Positions 37,628-49,800 of a stretch of 64,000 nucleotides of DNA are shown piece by piece. The notes beneath the pieces are model-generated. The model ran no database searches and was not told the DNA's origin. It worked only from the letters and a program-made list of their open reading frames with translations. A program made the translations under genes and the position numbers. This DNA is from Halocafeteria seosinensis (lineage: Eukaryota), in assembly GCA_001687465.1 (NCBI GenBank), contig LVLI01000035.1, positions 1 to 64,000 on the forward strand, read 5' to 3'. Positions within the stretch are counted from its first letter, which is position 1; each line of letters begins with the position of its first letter.

Positions 37628-38489
37628 CTACCAGCTTCCACCGCACTCTACACCACCTTTTGGGTCAATGAACGCTTTATAATCCCACTTCGTATCAAGA
37701 GAAAACGGTTCACTGATGCTCACACCGTCAGTGGCGATTCGTCCGACCTGGATCTTGTTGATTGTCCTCGTGTCACGGTATAGCAATACACGCATCACGT
37801 CCATCAGCATTTGTCTGGCCTCCTCTTCTGGCATGTCCGGTCTCCACTTTTCCCTTAGTATGGGCATGGCAAAATGGTGGCCAAAGCCTGTAGCAATAAA
37901 ATCTTCCTCGAACGCTGTGCCATAAAGGTCAACCATACCCAAAGAAACATCTCCCTTGTGGACACCAGCGACCAAGAGTGAATTCCAGAGAGGATTTAGT
38001 CGCATTCTCCTATTGTACATAACGCGGGATAGCCAACTATAGATTTCACGTCCTGTTAACTGTCTTCCGTCATCTGTGCATCGGTCATCACATAGGTCTT
38101 CTTCCAAGATGTCCGACAGAAGCTGGAAATCGCTGAATTCCCCACTGGCCCCAATCAGGGTGTATGAGCCAAATTGACGAATACGATCCAAATTTGTGAA
38201 TCTAGCCATGGAACCATAGTTGCCTGTCTCGGCACAAGAGAAGTGATTAAGCATGTGTATGCAATAAGGGCCTGAAGAGTGCAGTTCTTGACATACCTAG
38301 CGTATCTGCAGCCAAAAGCACTCCTCCTTTGAACTTTACGCCCACAACGGAGGTCCCCGTGACAATGGGTTGTCTGCAAATTTAGTCCATACGGACCCAG
38401 GGAGTGATTTTTACGGTGTCATAACAACAGCAGAAGACAAAGCAGATCGTGCTCGTGGCTTACGTCGTATGTGTTTTTTGGGGAGGCAT
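37628..38489 (-). CDS. PSMB4: 20S proteasome subunit beta-7 (PSMB4/PRE4), 3 exons
   Basis: [49 protein letters not shown] and VLLYRD. Confidence 0.97.
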
Positions 38490-38718
38490 TCTATTTCCCT
38501 ATCACCAGCGGAGGACAACTTAAGATATATACGTATTAGAGAAATATACTTAGCACGGAAAGAAATCAACAGAGAGCTTCTGAAGTCTTCAGTTAATCCA
38601 GTAAACCCTGATCAATCTAACAAAGCCAGATCGCCCTTTCTCTTCCCCTCCAGCCGGAACTACAAAAAGACTCAACCACCGCTCTCAACTTCACACGCTG
38701 CTCGCCGCCCGGAGGTAG

Positions 38719-41700
38719 ATGGACCATACACAGCTCTTTGGAATGTTGCAGTGGTTCCCCAAAGGTGAGGAAGAGTATGCAGTTGGTGTAGGTCCACAAT
38801 GTCATGTGCTTTGCCCTCAGTGACCTTTTGATGCCGAAGCACCCGAAATTCATTTGCAGAGTTCCTCCAGTACGAACAAGAATTACTCAGAGGAAGTACA
38901 GTACTGCGACAAATAAATAATGGCCTCGTCAGCAGGTTCATATTTATCTTCTACCACCAGCGCAACCCACCGGGTGAGCTCGAAGCAAGGGGGCTATTCG
39001 TACTCGTACTCCCATGCACACCCGGTGCTTCGGAGCCCTGATGCTTCAGCATTCGCGTTCGAGCCCACGGGGAAATATTTATCACATGCGACAACTTGGA
39101 AGAATGACATCTTACGGCACAATATTCTCAATGTTCCACCGCATCGTACGGGAGGCGAAGGGGACCAGGACCGGAGCAGCGAAAGCAGCAGCACTAGCTG
39201 GATGAGAAGTGATCTTACAGATAGAACGTGCTCCCCGTCAGCGACGATAACTCCCACATCTGAGATAGACGATCATACGAGTATTGATGCAATCGGCTCG
39301 CAACATGCACTTCATGATTCCGTTGCAACCACCAGCATGGGAGGCACCACGGTGGTGGCTTCTTCAGCGGGGGATTCGACACACTCGGGAGTCTCGGTCG
39401 ACACACAGATGATTCAGCCGTCTTTGTACGACAACACCGCCTTGCAACGCGCAACGATGTCGACACGGCCACTAGTGCAATTATTCCAAGATCGGGGGTC
39501 CTGGCTTGTTGAACGGCGGCTGCTTGACGAAAGCTCAGCAACCCCAGTTGCGGCTGAGAGTTCCGAGAGCCTAGTCTCCGGGTTCTATGCGGACATCACA
39601 GAGGCTATGCGAGAGCGGGTGCTTGCTGGATATGGCTCTAATTTCCTTCACAATTATAATTTATGTGCTACAGCCGCCGCTCACTCGCAAACGTTGTTGG
39701 GACCTCAGCTACATGATGGTCGGCGACGGAAAGCGGACCATGGGGATTCCCACGGTAAACATTCGCAAGCCACTCAAGGCCAGTCGAAGGCAGTGCATAA
39801 AACTTCTGCAGCAGCGGATATCAAAGCTTGTTTGTGTGCAATCGCGGAGGACTCATGGGGTAGTACAAATGATGATGCCTTTGAATTATGCCGTTCTCTC
39901 TTAGGTATTGGCAGGACAAATGCCGTTAAGGAGGAAGCTCAAGCTTCTTTCGTTGTCCCCGATGAATGGTGGGCGAAGATAGAAAGGGTGCATAGTATCC
40001 GGCGTTTGCGCACCGCATGGGAATGGCTCAGCGGACTGTGTGGCACACGGATCACACTCACTAGTACGAAGGAATTACTGTCCTCGCTCCAAAGTTCGGG
40101 GTGGCTCTGCAATGGAAGGAAACATCGTAGACCAACTGCCAATACCCCTGTTACCGAAGAAATTTCTAATACCTTCGGAGACCCGGCGCGCTTGCCGCTG
40201 CCACTCAACGGACTAATGGTTCAAAATATGATGGACAGAGTTCTTGGAATGTATCGACACGGGAATGAGTGGAGCGTTGAGGAGAGCGTTACGGGAGAGT
40301 CGAAGAGGGATGATTCATTGTGTAATGTTAAGTCTCTCGGGCCTATAAGCTTGAGCTCCTTAATCAACCATCGAAATAGCCTCGGAAACGTGGCCGAAAT
40401 AGAAGCAACTAGAAGCCTGGCATTTTATTGCTGTGATTGGCCCATTCTGCCTCTTCACCCGTTAGCTTTGACGGAAAAGGCTAAAAAGGAACGACACTTC
40501 CTCCCCTGGAACGTAGACGGTTTCATGTACCCGTCGGATACCCCGGAAGAAATCGCCGATGGATTCGCTGGCAACCTAGGGAGGGCAGTGGAAAACGGCA
40601 GATGGGAGAGGGCCGTGGGTCTGTGCTCCGTTGTTGATATTTTTCTTGTTCTTCCTTATCTTTCTGAAGCGTTAAGGAAGGTAAACAAGATAGGAATGAA
40701 TAAAACGGTCCCCTCGCTCGGACATTTTCCTGCATCCCTATTTGGTTGTACTTGGTCCGCTAGGTTGTTAAAATACTTAGCGGAGGGAGTTGAAATTGGA
40801 GCCGAGGATGGTGAGAATAAAGGTTCTGATAAGGAAGATCGCCCAGCGTACCTTCCGCTTGATGATGGGCAAGCGATTGACACGTCTCATGTCCATAGTG
40901 AATTTTGGTGGGACTTACGAAAGACGTACGGAGTTATAGCAAACCTTTTGGAGGCTTACATTTCACTCTCAAATGCAACCTTTCATCAGTCTTCTTTGGG
41001 GTACGAGGCAGATTCTGCATATACTGCCAGAAGCACCGAAACGAACAGGTCGCCGATTGAGTTTGCGCGAAATCTAGTGACCAAGTGGCTTAACCTCAAA
41101 ACCAGCATAGAGCATATGCTGCAGAAATTAAAAGCTATGTGGACGGTCGATGGTCTAAGGAAAAGGCATCGTCATCCTTATCTTATTATGTTGCTCAGCG
41201 TAATGCTTTTCAGCCTTCCTGTTTTCAAGGACTCACGGAAGATAAATGCCAGCACCGCGATACCAAACCACGTACAAGAAGAATTCGCTTGCTGTCTGGC
41301 GGACGAAGGCTTAGAGCTGCATGATAGGGTTGGACTTGCTTTGACCGTACTCCCCTTGGAGGATGCACTTGAGTTTGCTTCCCATCTCATTGGATGGGCT
41401 TGCTCATTTGGTGACATCAGAGGAATAAGTTTAAATGGGCTTCCTGGTTCAAATGAAGTTCAGTCGAAGCAATCTACGTCAAGCTCCGAGTCCCTCTTGC
41501 GGAACTTTGTGGACCATAGTGCTGACGTTCAAACTGCTTCCCTATTTTGTTTGGCAATTGACCCCTACACGGTGACCACTGCGATATCTATGGCTGTGGA
41601 GGCTTGGTGGGGCGCGTATGTAGGGCTACTTGACAGATGGAGATGCTGGCATCATCGGGCGGCGTTAGACGTTGTCCGTTCTGAGCTGGCCATGCGATAC

Positions 41701-43176
41701 AAAGCTGCACGGGGACACCAACACGATCCGCTGTGGCATCCTTTTTTTGCCGCTACTCAAAGGCGCCATGAAAAGCGAGCGACGGAGAATCAACGGCAGG
41801 ACGCTTCTTGTGGCTTGAGGACGGCCAGGCTACGGCAAGTGCGTGACACTAACGCGTGGTTTGAGGAAGTCTCCGAATGGATCAAGGCAGAGCTAATATC
41901 AGAACGTGCACATGCTGCAGACGTCTTGCGACTAGCACAGTTCTTTCTTTCGTATCTCCACATGCGACCAACACTAAACGTGATGTCCATTGTAACCCAG
42001 TTATCGGAACTAATTCATTCGACTCTTCCAGTTGCGAAGACCGAAGATGTACAGGAATGGAGCTCTCCCGGAGAAGGCAGTGGGTCTCAGCGGACACTTC
42101 CTCAGCGGGGCAACATTACCGCTCACATTCGCGAAGGTGCCGGGAAGAAACCGTTGAAAGGGCGGTCCCCACTTTCGCTAAGTACTCCGACAAAAAACAA
42201 TCCCGTCCCTCCATTGCAATCTGTGCCACCACCAGAGTCGTTGCACTCTGTTCTTCCTTTCAGTTATCGCGGGAAGTTCCCCAGCATGTATTCGCCTGTG
42301 GAGACAAGACTCAAAGGTTCACCTTCGCCGTTCCAGAAGACGGTTGCAACCCAGATGCTGAACAGGAACGTAGACATGGAATCAAACGAATCGGATACTT
42401 CATTGATGCGTCGGTTCTTGGGGCTATCTTATGTATTTCCAACTGTTCCGTTGAGTTTCTACGGCTGGGGTGTTTTGACGCAAACGGTGACGTATGCTCC
42501 TTCAGAGTACATGCGCTGTAGTTTCTGTGACAAGCCCTTGACGTTGCCTTACTTTGTAAAAAACTCTGCTGCTTCGCTGGCATGGTTGAATGAGCAAGGA
42601 CCACGTTTACGTTGCTGTCCTCTGTGTCAAAAAGTGCTGCCGAAGTGCTCGCTATCCCTTTTGTCTATGCGTGTCGTAAACCCTGCCCGTAGGATTGTCC
42701 AAAAGGATCAATTGAGCACCTACGAGAAAGAGTTTTCGAATTCTTCCAGGGTTTGGAGTGAGCTTTTTTCTCGAAATCATCCTGAAATCTTGCGCTATTT
42801 GGGAACTCACTTTGGTTCTTGCGAAGACTATACCCACTATGTGAATGAATTAGAAAAAAGCGTCACCGAGCGCTTGGATGAGGTCATAGATCGTAATATT
42901 GATGGAAGCGTCAACTCTCCAGCTAATGAGAGATGGCCATTGCTGGAGACGTCACTGCGATACGCCTTCAATTCTACGACGAATATGCCTCCGTTTCCTA
43001 TAAAAGAATCCACAAGCTCGCGAGACGGAGGCAAACGCTTTGAGGACACCTGGGTGTGGTGCTCCTCTTGTCGCCATGGAGGGTACACAAAGAACCTGCT
43101 GGAATGGTTCTCCGTGCACGAAATGTGTCCTGTGGCAGGATGTGAGTGTCATTGTGTTTTACAGGATGCAAGATGA
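38719..43176 (+). CDS. MIOS: GATOR2 subunit MIOS/Sea4 homologue (main ORF 38920-43176; two small 5' exons are possible)
   Basis: LLRNFVDHSADVQTAS, YVGLLDRWRCWHHRAALD, CPLCQKVLPKC and WVWCSSCRHGG...WFSVHEMCPVAGCECHC match remembered MIOS motifs. Confidence 0.85.
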
Positions 43177-43511
43177 GTGTGGGATTTTGTTTAAGTACTC
43201 CTGATATTCCGTCCGAATTAACAACCCCATAAACGTCCATAGGAACTAGTATATGTGGTACCCTTTCAATTATGTTGAGAGTGGATGTGATAGTAGTAGG
43301 CGTTATTACGGGTATGTCCATTTAGTCGAACGAAACAAAATACACCTGGTTTGTACAGTGACTGCCCAACGACGTAAAGCTTCTGGTTGAAAGAAAGCGT
43401 CCTAAATTTTTTAGTGTTCTATTTATACGAATGTTTGCTATCCACTTTTTAGCATCTTTATCCCAACTCACACCTTTATAACCACTAGTGTTGTTTTTTG
43501 ATTTTCCTCTA

Positions 43512-43922
43512 TCAGATTAGCGTCTTCTCAATTGCAACCTTCATGGTTTCAATTTGGCTCTTTAATTGACTGTCAGTACTCGTGATGATCGAAGCAGAGA
43601 TAACAGGTCTGGAGACTCCACACGCTCTACCCAAAGCCACTTTGGAGGGGACAAAGATATATGGTGTGTTCTTATCTTCACACAACAAGGGCAGATGCAG
43701 CAAAATCTCGAGAGGCTCTGTATCCGCCGCAAGGACAACGAACTCAGCGATCCCCCTGTTGAGCGTTTTAGTTGCTTCGTTCGCGCCCTTCTTCAGTTGT
43801 TTGTAATTATTCGCCTGCTGTACCAAATCGAGAATGGATACGGTGAGTTTCTCGTCTGCCAACGGGTATGCTTTGGGATTCACACCACTGTTACTGGCGG
43901 CTCCTCCGTTTGCTTCGGCCAT
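43512..43922 (-). CDS. SNU13: SNU13 / 15.5K kink-turn binding protein
   Basis: NPKAYPLAD...[16 protein letters not shown]...[11 protein letters not shown]...[13 protein letters not shown]. Confidence 0.98.
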   Translation of the reverse strand: MAEANGGAASNSGVNPKAYPLADEKLTVSILDLVQQANNYKQLKKGANEATKTLNRGIAEFVVLAADTEPLEILLHLPLLCEDKNTPYIFVPSKVALGRACGVSRPVISASIITSTDSQLKSQIETMKVAIEKTLI

Positions 43923-44538
43923 CGTAATTAGCAATTAAAAGACTGATACTGCAACTGCAAACACACAATCCACTTCCAGTACAAGTAGTTACAATTCCAA
44001 ACTCTGTGAAGACGGCTCCCCGGGGGAGACATAAGGGAACAAAAACAGTGGTGACTCCAGACACCTTAATCGCTCTCCTTCTATCTCGGGGAGAAACAGC
44101 ACTTGTATACGAGATGTCGGTTCAGACAATCACCAAACGGGTCAACGATTTCTACACGGAACCATGGGAAACACTCACTTACCAATGATAAATATCAAAG
44201 AGAAGGTGTCGCTTCAGCAGCAAAGAAAAAGACGGTCTATGGTGGTTTATCCGCTGCTTTCTGCCCTCCTACTCTACGCGCACACGCACTGTGAAACTCG
44301 TAACGAAAGTAAGCTACGGTGACGAGAATCAATGCTGCATCATTAGCGATGAAAGAAAGCCTCACGCCGCGCCTCCCTCCGGGCTCGTCGCCCGGAATCC
44401 GGGCGGAAGGCCGGGATTGTGTCATCGATCCTGGACTATAATGGACGATACGATATCACACTAGAGTCTAGACAAATAATCCGAGTCCTTTGTTGTGTGG
44501 TGGTTTCTACTGTCCGTGTAGAGTCTGAGAGAACCACG

Positions 44539-45518
44539 ATGAAACTGCATACAGGCCTGTCTCATCTCCAACGGGCTGGGCGCCGGCGCTTCCAGGCGCT
44601 ATATACCACTCCCCCAGGAAGAGGAGGAGCAGGAGGCGCTTGCTCTTTTGCCACAGCCTCGTCAGGAGCTTCCTTAGCCTCCAGACGAGCTGGAGCGCGG
44701 AGTGATGTGGTGGATGTAGTAGGACACAGAAATGAGCAAGGAGATGCTGTCACACGCTCCTCTCAAGCTGACTTGGAACAAAGATCACCCATGTCCGTTT
44801 TTAATGCCACGGAATTGGCTTATGGCATGTTTCATATTCATGATGCTGGTGTTGGAGACAACGCTAAACCCCTCATGCAAGGTAAGGGATGTCCTGATAG
44901 ACGCACGCTGGGTTGGATGGAAGCTGCATGCGAAGTGTCTTTGATATCAATGCAGGGATTGCTGATGAAGCAATTAATCGATTAGGACAGTTCCAAGCGG
45001 ATGACCTGGCACAAATGACGTACTGCATTCACGCAGCCAAAGCGCAGCATAAAGACTGGTATCGTGCAGTCGCGAGGGAACTCAGTGGAAGAATGGAAGA
45101 AATGCTGGCAGCCGAAATTGCATCCACAGTCCTTATCATGGCTCGGGAGAACGTGCATGACCGTGGTTTCCTAGATGCTGTAGCGAAACGAGCAACACCA
45201 GCGATTGGGAAACGTTTTGAGAGACAGATAGAATTTACTGGTCGCCAGCTCTCGATGGTGGCCGAAGCCTTTAACATTTTGAAAGAAACGGATTCATCCC
45301 TCGCGGCGGCCATGGCAAGGACAGTAGAGCGATTTCCTACTATGTTTACACCGAAAGAGCTGAATCCGGTGGTCAATTTTATAGCTTCGAGTGGACAAGG
45401 CAATCCAAACTTCCACGAGATAGTCAACAAGCATGAGAGTATATATGAAGAATCGATTCACTGGAAAACAAAGCGCGATGAGGACCACGATCCAACCAAC
45501 ATCATATATACAATGTAA
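44539..45518 (+). CDS. Putative organellar helical-repeat RNA-binding protein (FAST/OPR/HPR-like), 2 exons
   Basis: Arg-rich presequence; spaced repeats FNATELA, FQADDLA, MLAAEIA, FTGRQLS and FTPKELN; intron near 44882-44956. Confidence 0.65.
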
Positions 45519-45952
45519 GTACACATGTTCTTCGCAGATGATATTCGAAACCTGTAATATGCATTGCTGGTTGCACAGGCATGTTCCGGATGCACATGGT
45601 GCGCCTCATCGACTGAAACCTCGTAAATTTGTACAAGGGGAGCAGTGATGCGATTACGAAGTAGATAACTTCTTCATCCTCACTACCTCCTGGTAGCAGT
45701 AGTTCTGTCTGTTGCTCCTGGTTTAACGAATAAACACCATGCGATGTATGCCTTTGTTGTATGTTACTTCGTACTGTGGTATACATACTCTCTGTGAAGC
45801 AGCTTTTTCGGCTCGACTCTAGAGTCTAGACTAGCGATGGCAGCAGCCATGGCCCATGCCGCTCTCTGCGCGTCCCAAGTTGTCAGATCAATGGATCATG
45901 CAGGATTGTAAGAAAATACCAATGTGTGATACATTTTCATGATAGATGTAAA

Positions 45953-46780
45953 ATGAGCTCGTCCAGTGCGGTTGGGACCGATCAAAGACCCCAGCAGGCA
46001 CGGCATGCACAGTCCATGGACACCTCTCTGGTATCTTTGGAGGCTCTCGATAGTGATGCCATGCCGGCCAAGTCAGTAGGAAGCTTTGTTCAGGCTGTAT
46101 TGAAGCGTGTCGTGTACAGGAAACCGGAATCAGAGCTCCCTTTGCACCTCATTCTGGAGCTATTGGACCCTTTATTCGAGGATTCCCAGTCCTCCGACGC
46201 ATATCAGGAGAAAGTACAAGTGTTTAAGACCGTCGCGCAGGTGCTCGTATTGGCTGGAAGCGAAAAATGGGATGTGAATGAACTGGACAATTTTCTGAAC
46301 AAGACCTTACATGCTGGAGAGAAAGCGAGGAAAGAATTCACTAAAGTGTATAACAAGGAACGAGGCGATATCCTTCGATGTCTCGTGGATACCACCAAAC
46401 AGACGGATGAGCTACAGGTATGAATGTTGTAAGGCGATCGAAACTGAAAGCAGATGGTAAACACATGTTGGCTGTGTTGTGAGGTTTTCCTGCAGAATGT
46501 TGCCTGGCAAGTGGACGTTGTTGCAGCCAGTAGGGACGCTAATACCACGGACTCTACAGGAGAAGCAGAAGAAGGACAGGGAGAAGCGGCCGGGCACTTG
46601 GCTACAGATCCTCGGGTGAAAGTGCAACTTCAAATGAATAATGCTCAAACAGGAGAGGATAAGGCATTCGAAATGGAAATAGATGGAGATCACATGCAGC
46701 AACTGCTGGCAGTATGTGAAGAAGTGGAACGAAGCATCGCTAGCCACAACATGTCTTCGAAGTCGCAAGTCTCTTTGTAA
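45953..46780 (+). CDS. COMM-domain (COMMD) protein, 2 exons
   Basis: LQ-NVAWQVDVVAAS...PRVKVQLQM...FEMEI...MQQLLAVCEEVERSI fits the COMM domain pattern. Confidence 0.85.
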
Positions 46781-46854
46781 AGATCGTTCCTCATTGGATG
46801 CACATTAGAACCAAGTCAGTGTACACGTAGCGAAATCGAATACCAGAATCCGAT

Positions 46855-49800
46855 TTAACTTTTACGTTTCTTCATTCTGTTAACCATATCACTTTCCCCC
46901 CTGCATACAAACAGATGTGAACAAGCTTATCGAACGCGGACTGTTAAGCGAAGAAATACATAGTTGGGACATACATTTCGGCATTGTAAATTTCGAAATC
47001 CTGAATTAATTTGTGATAACGATCCTGGGTTAGCCTTGCCAAATGCCTGTAACATATAAGGGTAAACTAATACACTCAAGTACAACGAGAATGGGGCCAT
47101 GACCGCACGTACTGTAAATATTGAGTTTTCGTTGCCATAATACTTCCCGTGGGTTTCACCTCATCAAACAAAATCTGTGCAACCTCTTGAAGCTGCTCCA
47201 GTGACGACTCTACTGCCTTCTTCCTGTTGAAATCTGAATAGGCAACAGTGCCCCCTGTACCCGCAGCTGCCCCTGCAGCAGAAGGACCCTTCTTCGCGTC
47301 GTCCGATGTCATGTAGAACGTGTGCACCTGCGGAAGCAAAAAATGGCTAGACCAGTACTCCTAACAAGGTTGAATCTTGCCGACTACATACCCATGTCCA
47401 CTTGTATACATGGTGGAACTCTGCTAAGACTCTCAACGACTTTTCTATAATTCCGAAGTACCTCTCTCGCTGGCGGCGTCGTACGGGAAGTGCATCTAAA
47501 CCACCCGCCATAATTTCGTCGTAGTGCGCCTTAGCATGCTGTTGCACCTCTTCCCGCCTATCGGCATCCGCCTTTGTATCTTCTTCATTGTTACTTGGCG
47601 CGCTTGCCCGCTGTGAATGGAACATCTGCAGCAGTTGTTCCAGTAGGTGCGTAGCCTGCTCGAGAGATCTGCGGTTCTGTGAATTCAATCTACGGCCGAG
47701 CCTAGTAAGATTAGAATTCCAATCAAAGTTGATAAACGATGGCAGCCCCGCAACAAGGTCAACAGTAGCTGAACTATTCTGTGTCTCCATGACTAACTTG
47801 ATGTACGAACAACACGGCTGCCGCTGTGCAAGGGACTGGATGCGGGACTTGAGAGCTGTGCGGTACGCTTTGATACTCTCTTCTTCAGCACCAGCTATCG
47901 ACAGCTGAGACGCAGGCCTATCATCTACTCGTTTTTCTAGAGCCTTGTATAAAGTGCCGTCCAAGTTCTCCAAATGGTCTACGGTTTCTGCCGGGAGGCG
48001 AACGACTTCACGCCCATTTACTGTGAACAAGTAACACTTTGCCTGAGGGATTGGATGGGCGCCGTCATCGAACAAAATTCCGACACCAAGGTCAACAGAG
48101 CCTTCACTCCACGCCCATGTATCATCCTGCTGGCTATCCTCCCCACACGATACTTGCCCATTCGATGAGAAGCTTATCAATGTAGATGAGTTGGAAACTT
48201 CCCCTTGTCGCTGGTCTAACATGAGCCTTCCTTGGGTCATATGGCGACATTGGAATTCCATGTAGGGGGAGTTGGGCGTTAGAGAAGTAAAGAACTTTAC
48301 AGTGCCTGCACGCTCGCCAGCCTTGGTCACCGTCGTGTTGCTACAGATGACGTTACTGACGGTCGCGACATCTTCAAGAGAGTTCTGTACAGCCCCCATA
48401 CACTGCTCCATCTGGCTTTCCGACCATTCATCAAAGATTTTCTTTACATCTCTGTCAATTTGAGCTCTGTTGGGGTTCGAGTCTATATTCCATTCTGTAA
48501 TAGAATCTTTGGAAGACAGCGGTGGTACATCGATATCTGTCTCCAAAGTCGCGTCGTCAATGGTTGGCGCTTGATCAGTCGAGGTGGCAGAAGCAGCTGC
48601 TCCGGAATTTCTTTCTTTTTCTAATTCGTGCTGTGCCTTTTCTTCGGCTGCAAGGATCGGACATACCCGTGAAAATGGACGGACAAAGACGGAAATCACC
48701 GGCGCTTACCATCTTTCAGTGCTTCGTTTTGAAGTTGGAATGTCTTTAGAAGGTCACGACAACGGTCGATCCCGTCTTGTTGCTGCTGGAATCCAGCGTT
48801 GGTTAACTCAAATTCCTTTTGCCGTTGAGTATTGAGTTCTTCAAGTGCTCTCTTCTTCTCTTCCTCCGTGTAGTCTGTAGAGTCACTACTGCTGGTGAGG
48901 CGGACGAGTTAGTCTGGAAGCCGCAGCTAGCTTACCTTCCCAGTCAACAACTGCTTCGCTTTTCTTACTGGCTTTGATTTCCTCTTCATAGTACTTGCAC
49001 TGGAAGAATCCCCCACCGTGATCGGCCCATGGGCGTTTACACATGTAGCAATACTCAAAATTGCAATTTGTGCACTGCAGAAATGAAATACATATAGTCA
49101 ATTTGCAGAAATTCGGCACTAAGAATAATCAGCTCCCTTACTTTCATGTGGTTGCAACCTTGAGTGCGCTCTATGTATGTGTGACATTGCGGGCACCTTT
49201 TGAAGTTGCGCTGAAAAGGAATATATTGCCAAGTAGTTGAGTATCGTCATGTGAAATTGCTGCTTGGCCACTTACCATGACATAGCGCTCTGTGGCCTCA
49301 TCTGTGAACAATCGCTTCTCTTCATGCCATAATTCCACTTCCTGGCAAGTAGAAGGAGAGTGCGCATCCCCCTCACACCGGGCGCAAAAGAACTGTCCAC
49401 AAAACGGGCACGTAATGTCGTTCTTCTTGCCAGTATACTTGACAGGCCGCCGGCAATGCGAAGAGGGACAGAGGACGATATCCGGACTAGCGTTGACGAA
49501 TTGCCGTATCAGCCACTTTTCATACTCATGTAGATCCTCAGAAGCTGCAAAGCGTTTCCACAGATCTTCCGGAACCTGAACATGGATTCCAACGTTCACG
49601 ATTACTAAATGACAACCTATACCACGTACCCACCTACCTTGGTGTTACATCCCTCTGTAGGGCATTGCGATTTGAAAACAACCGAGCTGCCGTATTCTTG
49701 AACGCAAGTCTTCAGATAGTCTTTCCAACAGTTTTCGCACATGTAATGTCGACAACCGGCATGGTGAACCTTGCTTGGCTGTAGTAGAAAAGTAGAGGTA

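Noticed and set aside
44461..45831. 13-bp direct repeat CTAGAGTCTAGAC flanking the helical-repeat gene (TSD-like)
   Set aside because: Shared 13-mers are expected by chance in 64 kb, and the gene has an intron with no poly(A) tract or TIRs.
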